Shown one piece after another: positions 9,299 through 18,057 of a stretch of DNA of 49,473 nucleotides. The stretch is from the IMG/VR virus record IMGVR_UViG_3300025417_000030, positions 1-49,473 of that record; one strand, given 5' to 3'. The first letter of the stretch is position 1. Every line of letters starts with the position of its first letter. The notes under the pieces are model-generated. The model saw nothing but the letters and a program-made list of their open reading frames with translations. It was not told the origin of the DNA and did not search any database. Origin of the DNA: a virus (Duplodnaviria > Caudoviricetes). The position numbers and the translations under genes were made by a program.

Positions 9299-10525
9299 TT
9301 AGAAACTAAGTTTTCTTGGGTACACTATTATACCCTCTATCCCATTTGCGAAAGCATTTGGGATTTCTTTTTTTAATATATTACAAGCCCCATTGATGTC
9401 AGCATTGATTTTTATTCCTTTTTCAGAAATAAATAATCCTCTTTTTACTCTATGTCCTTTGTAATTATTATGTTTTCTTATTGTTTCATTGTCTAAAAAA
9501 CTACATTTAGAAGTATATGATTCTTCTTTTTCTAAAGATTCTATTCCTTCTAATGTTAATTTATAAGTGCAAATTTCAATAAATTTTTGATGTGGTATTG
9601 AAACAAAATTTTGATTGTTCTTTTTACCAATGTTTATTTCTTGTTTCCAACCTTCGTTGTGTCCAAAAATCACTTTGCTAACATTGTTTTGTTTCAATTC
9701 AGTTACCATTTTTTTACTTGCTTTATGCAAATAATCTTTTATTTTATTATTTCTTTTTCTTGTTAATTTTTGTATTTTTTTACTACTTTTTCTTTGTGTT
9801 TTATTTTCTTTTTTATTTTTATAAAAAGGTAATTTAGATTGTAAATCACTTTTCTTTTTATTATAATATTGATTTATAGATTTTAATGTTCTTCCGTTAA
9901 TTAAAAAAGTATTACAATTATTTATAGCAACTGCTGCTAAGTTATTTAATCCTATATCTACACCTGCATAAATATTAGAATCAACTTGAGGTAATTCTTT
10001 TTTATCATAAATCAAATTAATATTATAATCTCCTAAATTAGTAGGAGTGATTGTAACTTGTTTAATATTTAAATTCTCTTTATTTTCAATTTTTATATTT
10101 GTTTTAGAAAGGCAAATAAAACCTTTTTTGTATTGTTTTGAATTTATTGTTTGTAATTCATAAATAACAATATTTCTTCCTTTAGTTTTATGTTTAAAAT
10201 TAGGGTTTCTAGGTTTTCCGGTAAAATTTTTAGGATTTTTATTATAAGAATTTAATGCTTTAAAAAAATTTTTATAATTTGTATCTAAATTTATAAGGAT
10301 TGAATTAGAAACTTTTGCTGGTAATTTACGATAATCTATTTGGTTATTATCTATTAAAATTCTATTTATAGCATAATAATTCAAATAAGTACCATCTTTT
10401 TCATATTGTTGTTTAATTAAGTAATTAGCATAATTATATAAATTCTTGGAAGCAAAACATAATTCATCACATTCTTTATAGAATGGATGTTTTTTATCAA
10501 TATGTATTTGCTTAACTAAATTCAT
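9299..10525 (-). mobile_element. tnpB: solo IS200/IS605-family RNA-guided endonuclease TnpB
   Basis: SKNLYN N-terminus, RuvC-I GVDIGLNN, DYLHKAS, EESYTSKCS, RuvC-III NADINGACNI; no tnpA adjacent. Confidence 0.9.
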
Positions 10526-10545
10526 TATTTTAAGTGTATATACTT

Positions 10546-10564
10546 ATTTTTATTTTTAATTATG
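10546..10564 (-). promoter_or_regulatory. class 2 promoter-like motif upstream of tnpB
   Basis: CCATAATTAAAAATAAAAA. Confidence 0.45.
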
Positions 10565-10583
10565 GGTAAAATAAAAAAAATAT

Positions 10584-10612
10584 AAAAGTAGATAAAAAAC
10601 TTTGTATATTTG
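10584..10612 (+). promoter_or_regulatory. class 1 promoter
   Basis: AAAAGTAGATAA-aaaactttg-TATATTTG. Confidence 0.8.
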
Positions 10613-10615
10613 TAA

Positions 10616-10710
10616 AAAGGAATTAAACATGATACCGAGAACATTTTAATTCTTTAATTTTTGTTTTTGTTTACATATAGTAGGAGGAGATATTAATCCT
10701 CCTATTTTTT
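10616..10710 (+). ncRNA. candidate small RNA / attenuator leader (contains 6-codon ORF MIPRTF)
   Basis: Bounded by class 1 promoter and terminator TAGGAGGA...TCCTCCTA-T6 (10681-10710); contains 19 nt complementary to a phage 5' leader. Confidence 0.45.
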
Positions 10711-10725
10711 AAAAATTTATATTTT

Positions 10726-11343
10726 ATGGGGTTTTTAGATGTTTTAGAAAAAGCTGGATTAGTTGCGTTAGATAAAAATGTAACACCTACACAACCAATA
10801 AATAATCCACAAGCAACAGTAGCACCTACAATGGTGTATTCACAAGTAGGTACACCTACAAATAATTCTGTAGGTATTGATCAAAATATTGTAGATAAAT
10901 TAAATAATTTAGTTTATAAAAATGATACCAATTTAGTAGATTTTGTGAATTTAAAAAATTCAATGCAAGTAGTAATTCCTGATGAGAATATAATGTTCTC
11001 AGCCGTATTAGCAGCATTAAGTGCAAAAGGAATTACAAAAGAATTGTTATTAAGTTCTTTTAATACTGCAAAAGGAAATTTGGAAACACAAAAAACTAAT
11101 TTCAATGATTCTTTAACAAAGACAAAATCTGAAAAATTAGGCGGAATTGAACATCAAATTGAAAGTAATAAATCAAGAATCACTGAATTAACAAATGAAA
11201 TTGTTAAGTTACAAGAATCTATTCAAACACTCACACAAAGCAAATCAGATATAGAATTAAAATTACAGGATAATGAAACTCGTTTTAATAATTCTTATAA
11301 CTTTGTATTAAGTGAATTAATACAAAATTTAAACAAAATTTAA
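10726..11343 (+). CDS. coiled-coil protein
   Basis: Amphipathic N-terminus, P/T/Q linker, long heptad C-terminus. Confidence 0.7.
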   Translation: MGFLDVLEKAGLVALDKNVTPTQPINNPQATVAPTMVYSQVGTPTNNSVGIDQNIVDKLNNLVYKNDTNLVDFVNLKNSMQVVIPDENIMFSAVLAALSAKGITKELLLSSFNTAKGNLETQKTNFNDSLTKTKSEKLGGIEHQIESNKSRITELTNEIVKLQESIQTLTQSKSDIELKLQDNETRFNNSYNFVLSELIQNLNKI

Positions 11344-11365
11344 AAAACAAATAAAATAAAAAAGT

Positions 11366-12373
11366 ATGGCTTTATTAACAATTGACCCAGGTAAGGGTGA
11401 CATTAAAAAAATTACCGGAAATGTATTTGGATTAGCAATTTTAGGAGCATTAGGATTTGCTGCTTATGTTTATTTGCTACCTTTTTTAATTACAATAGTT
11501 TGGGGGACTGCTGAATTAATTGGAGGAATTGTATTAGTTAGTTTATTAGCATTAGTTGTAATGCAACCCAAAAATTGGAGAGCAGCTTCTTATTTAGCAC
11601 AAGCTGCGGCTGAATTTTTTTTAGGTTGGGTTATTACTTTAAATCCATTTCAAATACTTGCTTTTAGATTAGATAATCGTGAAGAAGACGCAAAAGATTT
11701 GCTTAAAACAAATAAACAAGCAGTAGGTAAACAAAAAGAATTGCAGGAAAAATTAAGAGTTAATGACGATGAATTTCAAAATGCAATCAATCAAAAGGAA
11801 ATACTTCTTGGAAAATTGCACAAAAATCAAAATGATATTGACGTAAAAGAAAGATTAGATGCAGTACTTAGTATTATTCAAACGAATAAAGAATATGCAG
11901 ATAATATAAAACCTTTATATAATGATTTTGTTAAATTAGCGGAATTTACAAATAAAGCATATCGTCAAGCAATTAATCAAATTGCAATCTTAAGAAAAGA
12001 TTTAGAAAAAAAACAGGATATGTACGAAACTGTTACGACTGCAAATACAATGGTTGCTAAGGCTTGGAAAGCTTTAAGAGGTGATGAAAATATTAATACA
12101 GATGCAGATAAAGCAATTGCATTTTTGCAAAAAGATATTTCAGAAAAAATTGGAAATATTCAAGTAGGAATTAAAATCGCAAATGACTATATGGATGGTA
12201 AAGATTTAGAGAATGCTGCTAAACTTCAAACTACTGTTAAACAGTTAGAAAATTGGAATAATTCTTTAAACTATTCTGATACTGTTGATTTAGGAAATCA
12301 TTCTCAAATGGCATTAGCAAATAACATTAATTCAAGTGCAAACAATTATATTGACTTTTTAGAAATTAAGTAA
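11366..12373 (+). CDS. membrane-anchored coiled-coil protein (PspA/ESCRT-III-like architecture possible)
   Basis: 2-3 N-terminal hydrophobic helices followed by about 230 aa helical region. Confidence 0.65.
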   Translation: MALLTIDPGKGDIKKITGNVFGLAILGALGFAAYVYLLPFLITIVWGTAELIGGIVLVSLLALVVMQPKNWRAASYLAQAAAEFFLGWVITLNPFQILAFRLDNREEDAKDLLKTNKQAVGKQKELQEKLRVNDDEFQNAINQKEILLGKLHKNQNDIDVKERLDAVLSIIQTNKEYADNIKPLYNDFVKLAEFTNKAYRQAINQIAILRKDLEKKQDMYETVTTANTMVAKAWKALRGDENINTDADKAIAFLQKDISEKIGNIQVGIKIANDYMDGKDLENAAKLQTTVKQLENWNNSLNYSDTVDLGNHSQMALANNINSSANNYIDFLEIK

Positions 12374-13402
12374 ATGAGAAAAAAGATTTTTATAAAGGAA
12401 AATACTAATTTTATTGATATTTTATCTCGAGATTTTGATATTACTAATAATTTTCCTTTAATGTATTCAAATAAAGAATGTGATTTTGATGCTTTATTAC
12501 TTGTAGAAGAAAGTGATTTAGAATTACAAATGTATTGTCGTTCTCATTTAATTCCTGTTATAGGAATTCCTAAAAGATTTGAGAAACATTATCAAATGAA
12601 TATTTTAAAGAAATTTAATTTTATTCACCCAAATTCTTATTTTTCAACTAATAATAATGAATTTGCTTTTACTAATTTATTAAGTAAAAAATCAAATACA
12701 GATAAATTAGTTGTTAAAATGGTTAATGGTGCTAGAGGTTTAGGGCAAGCATTAATGACTAAAAAAGATTTTTTTGAAGTTTTATTCCAAAGGCATTTAG
12801 ATATAGAAATTGAATTAAATGATAGAAAAGAAATTATAGCTCAAAAATTATTTTCATGCAAAGAAACTGAACTTTTATGTTCTGATGATGAAGTTGAAGA
12901 TAAAGATGATGCAATGGAACAAAAAAAAGAAATGCGAGTTATTTCAAAAGAAGATTATATTAAAAAAGAAAGAAAGTGGAATGACCCTTTAGTTGAAAAT
13001 GAAAAATATTTAAATGAAGCTATAAAAAGAGGAAATTTTTTAGTACAAGATTATATTGAAAAAGTAAAGGAATGGAGGTTATTATATTTCTTTGGAGGTA
13101 ATACAATTTTAATTAAACGTGATTTTGATTTAGGTTGGCAAGCAAATAGTTGTATTACAGGATTTGGAGAAGAAGAACCTATCGACGTTTTGCCTAAATT
13201 ACTTTTAGAAAACATAGATAAGCTACTTAATCAATTTAATTATCCTTGGTTATCAATAGATGTTTATCAAGATAAGGATGGAAAATTTGGTATATTTGAA
13301 TTTCAAATGGAATTTGCATTTCAATTTGTAGAAGATAAAAATAAATTATGCGATTATTTAAACAATTCTGTAGCAAAAAAATTAAAATCTTATTATGTTT
13401 AG
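12374..13402 (+). CDS. RimK-like ATP-grasp ligase
   Basis: VVKMVNGARGLGQ, LVQDYI, EWR, WQAN, SIDV, IFEFQ. Confidence 0.75.
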   Translation: MRKKIFIKENTNFIDILSRDFDITNNFPLMYSNKECDFDALLLVEESDLELQMYCRSHLIPVIGIPKRFEKHYQMNILKKFNFIHPNSYFSTNNNEFAFTNLLSKKSNTDKLVVKMVNGARGLGQALMTKKDFFEVLFQRHLDIEIELNDRKEIIAQKLFSCKETELLCSDDEVEDKDDAMEQKKEMRVISKEDYIKKERKWNDPLVENEKYLNEAIKRGNFLVQDYIEKVKEWRLLYFFGGNTILIKRDFDLGWQANSCITGFGEEEPIDVLPKLLLENIDKLLNQFNYPWLSIDVYQDKDGKFGIFEFQMEFAFQFVEDKNKLCDYLNNSVAKKLKSYYV

Positions 13403-13782
13403 TTTTTTTAACTGTTTCTACAAATGCAACAACATTAAAAGATTCAGTTTGGAATTTAATTAAGCACTCAGATATTAGATTTAAAAAAGTTGTTTTAGGA
13501 CAAGCTATTTTAGAAAGCGGTCATTTTCATTCTAAATTTTATAAAAAAACAAATAATCTTTTTGGTATGCGGTTCCCAAAAAATAGGCACACTTTAGCTA
13601 TTGGGAAAAATAAAAAAGGTTATGCAATTTATAAAAATTGGGAAGACTCTATAAAAGATTTTTCTATTTTCCAGAAAAATTTAAAATCAAGAAATCAAAA
13701 AGAATATTTTATTTATCTTGAGAAAGATTATGCTTTTTTAGGTTATGATAAAGAACTTAAAGAAGTAATAAGAAAAATCTAG
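13348..13782 (+). CDS. GH73 glucosaminidase-like peptidoglycan hydrolase
   Basis: QAILESG, NNLFGM, YKNWEDSIKD, YA motifs; N-terminal hydrophobic segment. Confidence 0.8.
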   Translation: MRLFKQFCSKKIKILLCLVFLTVSTNATTLKDSVWNLIKHSDIRFKKVVLGQAILESGHFHSKFYKKTNNLFGMRFPKNRHTLAIGKNKKGYAIYKNWEDSIKDFSIFQKNLKSRNQKEYFIYLEKDYAFLGYDKELKEVIRKI

Positions 13783-13806
13783 TAGATAAGAAATTCATTA
13801 ACTTTG
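13781..13806 (+). promoter_or_regulatory. class 1 promoter
   Basis: AGTAGATAA-gaaattcat-TAACTTTG overlapping upstream stop. Confidence 0.75.
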
Positions 13807-13822
13807 TAAAAATATTAAGAAT

Positions 13823-14743
13823 ATGGTAAAAGATTTAGTTTATGGTTTAGCAATAGGTGATGCTCTTGGAGTTCCTGTTGAATTTAAAAATAGAAAGTAT
13901 TTAAAGAATTTTCCCGTTACAGATATGATTGGCAATGGTACTTATGAGCAACCAAAAGGTACCTGGAGTGATGATACTTCTTTAGCATTATGTATAATGG
14001 ATGCAATGGAAAAAAATTCTGTAGATTATTCTAGGATTGTACAAAATTTTATTAAATGGAAAGATAAAGCTTTATTTACTGCTTCAGGTATTCGTTTTGA
14101 TATTGGGAATACAACCTGGGAAGCAATACAAAATCATAAAGAAAGTCATGATATATTTCAAAATGGAGTCTTAACAAGTTCTTCTAATGGTTCTTTAATG
14201 AGATGTTCTGTCTTAATTTTTATACTTAAAGATTTATCTTTCCTTGAAAGAATTACTATTACTTCCCGAGTAAATGCTTTGACTCATGGAAATCTAGAAA
14301 CATTCGTTTGTGATTTCTTTTTAATTGAATATTTACTTGAATTAATGGAAAATCATGATAAAGACTTTGCGTTTGAAAAAACAATAAATTCTTTAATGGC
14401 TTTCTTTTATGAAAACGGCAATGATTATGAAATTTTAAAGTTTTTATATAATTTAAAGAATTTAAAAAACTTTCCAATTACACAAATAAAGTCAACTGGT
14501 TATTGTGTTCATACATTAGAAGCTGCTTTATGGTGTTTCTTAAATAATTTTACTTATAAAGATACGATTTTAGCGGCAGTAAATCTTGGGGAAGATACAG
14601 ATACAGTTGCTGCAATTGCAGGTGGAATTTCAGGACTTTATTACGGTTTTAATGCTATTCCTACAGATTGGGTTGATAGTTTAGTAAATAAAGAATTATT
14701 GGATAAATTAATTAATCAAGTAAATAATAAAATCAATGGATAA
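13823..14743 (+). CDS. ADP-ribosylglycohydrolase (DraG/ARH family)
   Basis: GDALGVPVEF, WSDDT, NGSLMR, TH, VNLGEDTDT. Confidence 0.92.
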   Translation: MVKDLVYGLAIGDALGVPVEFKNRKYLKNFPVTDMIGNGTYEQPKGTWSDDTSLALCIMDAMEKNSVDYSRIVQNFIKWKDKALFTASGIRFDIGNTTWEAIQNHKESHDIFQNGVLTSSSNGSLMRCSVLIFILKDLSFLERITITSRVNALTHGNLETFVCDFFLIEYLLELMENHDKDFAFEKTINSLMAFFYENGNDYEILKFLYNLKNLKNFPITQIKSTGYCVHTLEAALWCFLNNFTYKDTILAAVNLGEDTDTVAAIAGGISGLYYGFNAIPTDWVDSLVNKELLDKLINQVNNKING

Positions 14744-15158
14744 AATTATTGAAGAATTTATACCTTATCCAGAAGCATTATGTTTAAAAAAATTAGGTTT
14801 TAATAAAGAATGTATTGCAATTTTTGTAGAAAAAAGATTAGAAATACATGGAAAAACTTCATTAAATTCACTTGAAAATGATGGTTTAACTAATTCAAAT
14901 TTAAATACTGATAAAATAATTACTGCCCCAACATTTTCTCAAGCATTTAGGTTTTTTAGAAATAATTATAATCTTGATAATAATATTAAAAAACTTCATT
15001 TTGGAGAAAATAGTATTTTTACCGGATATTATTGTACAATTAATGAAAATAATAACATTAAATTCATACATGGAGCTGATGAGTGTACAAAAACTTATGA
15101 AGAATGTGAATTAAAATGTTTACAAGAATTAATTAAAATAGCAAATAAAATCAAGTAA
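14736..15158 (+). CDS. hypothetical phage protein
   Basis: LKKLGFN...APTFSQAFRFFR...TYEECE motif pattern seen in Bacteroidota phage proteins (recall). Confidence 0.7.
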   Translation: MDKIIEEFIPYPEALCLKKLGFNKECIAIFVEKRLEIHGKTSLNSLENDGLTNSNLNTDKIITAPTFSQAFRFFRNNYNLDNNIKKLHFGENSIFTGYYCTINENNNIKFIHGADECTKTYEECELKCLQELIKIANKIK

Positions 15159-15346
15159 ATGATTAAAATTTCTAAATATTGGTTATATTGATACTTTGGT
15201 TTTTAGTTTTTAAATATTTTCATAAAATCATAAAGTATTTAGGGCTTGCAATTCTATTGTTAATTTTAATAATGGTATTCTACACCATACATTTAATTGC
15301 AATCGATATTGATTTTTTTATCAATCATTTAAAAAATTTAAAATAA
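15159..15346 (+). pseudogene. small membrane protein, frameshifted near 15175 or TTG start at 15179
   Basis: ATG at 15159 is out of frame with hydrophobic frame LVILILWFLVFKY...NLK* ending 15346. Confidence 0.4.
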
Positions 15347-15769
15347 ATGGATTATAAAGAATTTAAAACAGGAGTAATTGCACTTTTTTATGAGAATAAA
15401 ATTTTAATCTTAAAAATAGGGAGTACAGCACCTTGGATGCCAAATAAATGGAGTATTGTAGGTGGAGTTATTGAAGATAATGAAACTCCAAAAAATGCAA
15501 TTCTACGTGAAGGGTTTGAAGAAATTGGATTGATTCCTAAAAATGTTTCTTTTAAGTATAAAAAAGAAACTGATGATTGTGGGACAATTTTTTACTATTC
15601 CGGAATTTTAGAAAATAATGATGTAAAATTAGATTATGAAAATTCTGAATTCAAATTTATCACAAAAGATGAAGTTGATAATTATGATTTTGTGCCTCAT
15701 GTAAAAGAATTTATAATTCAACTTTTTTCTAACAAAAAGTATGATATCAAATTTAAAAAAATAAAATAA
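15347..15769 (+). CDS. NUDIX hydrolase
   Basis: Nudix box GGVIEDNETPKNAILREGFEEIG. Confidence 0.88.
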   Translation: MDYKEFKTGVIALFYENKILILKIGSTAPWMPNKWSIVGGVIEDNETPKNAILREGFEEIGLIPKNVSFKYKKETDDCGTIFYYSGILENNDVKLDYENSEFKFITKDEVDNYDFVPHVKEFIIQLFSNKKYDIKFKKIK

Positions 15770-15773
15770 AAAT

Positions 15774-16283
15774 ATGTTAAAACAAAGAATGTATTCATTC
15801 GTAATTTATCAACTTTCAGGTCGTCAAGCAGGGATTCAAGCAGGCCATGCTACTCAAGAATTTTCAAATATGTTAGGAAATTCACCTGAATTTAAACAAT
15901 GGGCATATAATGATAAAACCGTTGTAATTCTTAATGGTGGTACAACTAATGATATTGGTTTTGACCCATATTCAAAATTGCCTTATAAAGGTAGTATGCA
16001 AGTTATAATTGAAAATTTAGATAAGAATAAAATTGCTTATTCAACTTTTCAAGAACCAGATTTAAATAATTGTACATCCGCTATTTCTTTACTTGTAGAT
16101 GAAAGAGTTTGGGATTGGGAAAATTACCCTGATTTAAGTCGGGAATTAATTTATCCATTATCAGCGTCAGAACCTAGAAAAAGAAATGCAGAAGAATTAT
16201 TTGAAGAATATAAAAAACTTTATGGTTCAAAAATTGCTTTTCTTAAAACTTATTTACCTACATTTAATTTAGCAAACAATTAA
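15774..16283 (+). CDS. peptidyl-tRNA hydrolase 2 (Pth2)-like protein
   Basis: LSGRQAGIQAGHA, W...KTVVIL, FQEPDLNNCTSAI. Confidence 0.7.
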   Translation: MLKQRMYSFVIYQLSGRQAGIQAGHATQEFSNMLGNSPEFKQWAYNDKTVVILNGGTTNDIGFDPYSKLPYKGSMQVIIENLDKNKIAYSTFQEPDLNNCTSAISLLVDERVWDWENYPDLSRELIYPLSASEPRKRNAEELFEEYKKLYGSKIAFLKTYLPTFNLANN

Positions 16284-16669
16284 ACTGTAAAAACTTTTTT
16301 AATGAAAATTTGTTCTGGGTAAAAAGCTACATATTCACTCCCATAGATTACACTATCGTAACCTAATTTTTTTAATTCGATAGTTAATTCTTTACTTAAA
16401 TTGCCCAAATCGGTAATAAAATGCAATGGAGTTTTATATGTATAAGGATTTTTAAATTCTAAATCACATTCATATATTATTTTGCCATAAGTTTTAGCTT
16501 CTAGAATTTCATCAGAAAAATACATTCCATGTCCATAATGACCAAAATTCCCGCTAGAAATTCCTATTTTTTTAAAATCAAAATTAGTGAATTTATTATT
16601 TGAACCATGATAAACTGATTTTATTTTATTTTGGTTTCCTTCTTTTAATATTTTTTCTATTAAATTCAT
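16280..16669 (-). CDS. ADP-ribosyltransferase-like (ART-PolyVal type) domain protein
   Basis: VYHGS, YGHGMYFS, A..YG, GYDSVI, EYVAFYPEQI; KILKE leader. Confidence 0.7.
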   Translation of the reverse strand: MNLIEKILKEGNQNKIKSVYHGSNNKFTNFDFKKIGISSGNFGHYGHGMYFSDEILEAKTYGKIIYECDLEFKNPYTYKTPLHFITDLGNLSKELTIELKKLGYDSVIYGSEYVAFYPEQIFIKKVFTV

Positions 16670-16686
16670 TTAAACTTTATTCGTCA

Positions 16687-16983
16687 TTATTTCTTTTCTA
16701 ATAATCTTGTCATTGCTTCTTCTTTACTTTTAGAAGAACTTGAAGACCCAAAATAATATGTAATTATTGTTCCTACTAAAGTCCCTAAAAGAAAGCCTAA
16801 ACAAATATCTCCATATCTTACATTTTCTTTTGGTATAGGTATAAATGTAATTGCAAATATATAAACAAAAGTAATTAAAACACAAGCTACAGATAAGTAA
16901 AAAATTTCTTTATCTAAACCTATTTTTTGATTAACTGTTTTAGTTTGTTCTAAATTTTCTGTTGGTATTATTTCTTCCGCCAT
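16687..16983 (-). CDS. two-TM membrane protein, holin-like
   Basis: Two hydrophobic helices, YYFGSSSSS motif. Confidence 0.6.
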   Translation of the reverse strand: MAEEIIPTENLEQTKTVNQKIGLDKEIFYLSVACVLITFVYIFAITFIPIPKENVRYGDICLGFLLGTLVGTIITYYFGSSSSSKSKEEAMTRLLEKK

Positions 16984-16987
16984 TATT

Positions 16988-17008
16988 TTTTATTTTTTTA
17001 ATTATTGT
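16988..17008 (-). promoter_or_regulatory. class 2 promoter motif
   Basis: ACAATAATTAAAAAAATAAAA. Confidence 0.6.
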
Positions 17009-17015
17009 GTGGTAT

Positions 17016-17591
17016 TTAAAAAAAAATTTTTCCTCCGATTTTACACATTTGTTTTATTTCACTTTCAGAATAATTTTTTGAAAGAGGAGTGTTTGCAAGA
17101 TATAAATTTTTTCCTACTTTTAAATTTTTTGGTAAAGAATCGATTAGAGTATCATCAAGATCTAAAATTCCAGCAACTTCTAAATTATTTGGTAAAGAAA
17201 CAAACGGAGTGTTTCTAATCCATAAATTCCAACCTACTTTCAAATTATCTGGTAAAGAAGTAATTAAAGTATTTTGAAGAGATAAACTTCCTTCTACTTT
17301 TAAAATATTTTGAATTGAAATAATTTGAGTGTTTCTAAGATTTAAATGGCCTCTTACCACTTTTAAATTATTAGGTAAAGAAGTGATTGGGGTACCACTA
17401 AAATCTAAGTCTCCTTTGCACCCATTTTTTATATATTGTTGTATTTGTTTTTGAATAGCAATTTTATAATTCTTCTCTCTTTCTTCAGGAGTTCTCCTAT
17501 GGATTAGAATACTTTCCTCATTTAACAATCCTTTCTTTCTAAGAATAGAAATTGTCTCAAAAATTATTTTTCTTTTTTCTATTTTTGTCAT
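17016..17591 (-). CDS. leucine-rich-repeat-like protein with cleavable leader
   Basis: About 5 repeats of LPxNLKVxGxLxLxNTxIxS; leader MTKIEKRKIIFETISILRKKGLLNE. Confidence 0.8.
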   Translation of the reverse strand: MTKIEKRKIIFETISILRKKGLLNEESILIHRRTPEEREKNYKIAIQKQIQQYIKNGCKGDLDFSGTPITSLPNNLKVVRGHLNLRNTQIISIQNILKVEGSLSLQNTLITSLPDNLKVGWNLWIRNTPFVSLPNNLEVAGILDLDDTLIDSLPKNLKVGKNLYLANTPLSKNYSESEIKQMCKIGGKIFF

Positions 17592-17601
17592 TTATAAATT
17601 A

Positions 17602-18057
17602 TTATTTCAATTTTAAACTATATATTTCATCTTTATATTCATATATATAATCCAATAATAATTGGTTTTCTTGATAATTCTCATTTGATTTTACAATTTT
17701 TAAATATTTTATAAAATCATCAAAATAATTATTTTTTAATTCTTGTAATTCATCATTATCAAAACCTACTCCCCATATAAATTTTTTCATATTTTGTAAT
17801 GAGAGATATTTAAAATTTTCTGGTTCAATTTGTAAAGCACCTCTACCAATTTTTAAATTATAATAAGTTACTTTTTGTTCTTCTGATAGATATTTTAGTT
17901 CAGTAGTTGTTAAATAATTCAAGATTGATTGTTTATATGCAAGTAATCTTGCCCTAAGATATGTTTTTCTATCTGGAGGTGATAATTTATTAAATTGATA
18001 ATGTCCAATAAAAAACCCGGTATTAACATATTGTTTTATTAAATCTTTATTCGTCAT
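17602..18057 (-). CDS. MTNKDLIKQY-family helical repeat protein
   Basis: N-terminus shared with three paralogs. Confidence 0.75.
   Translation of the reverse strand: MTNKDLIKQYVNTGFFIGHYQFNKLSPPDRKTYLRARLLAYKQSILNYLTTTELKYLSEEQKVTYYNLKIGRGALQIEPENFKYLSLQNMKKFIWGVGFDNDELQELKNNYFDDFIKYLKIVKSNENYQENQLLLDYIYEYKDEIYSLKLK

Noticed and set aside
9299-10525. Cas12f/type V CRISPR effector
   Set aside because: No adjacent array; motifs and size fit ordinary TnpB.
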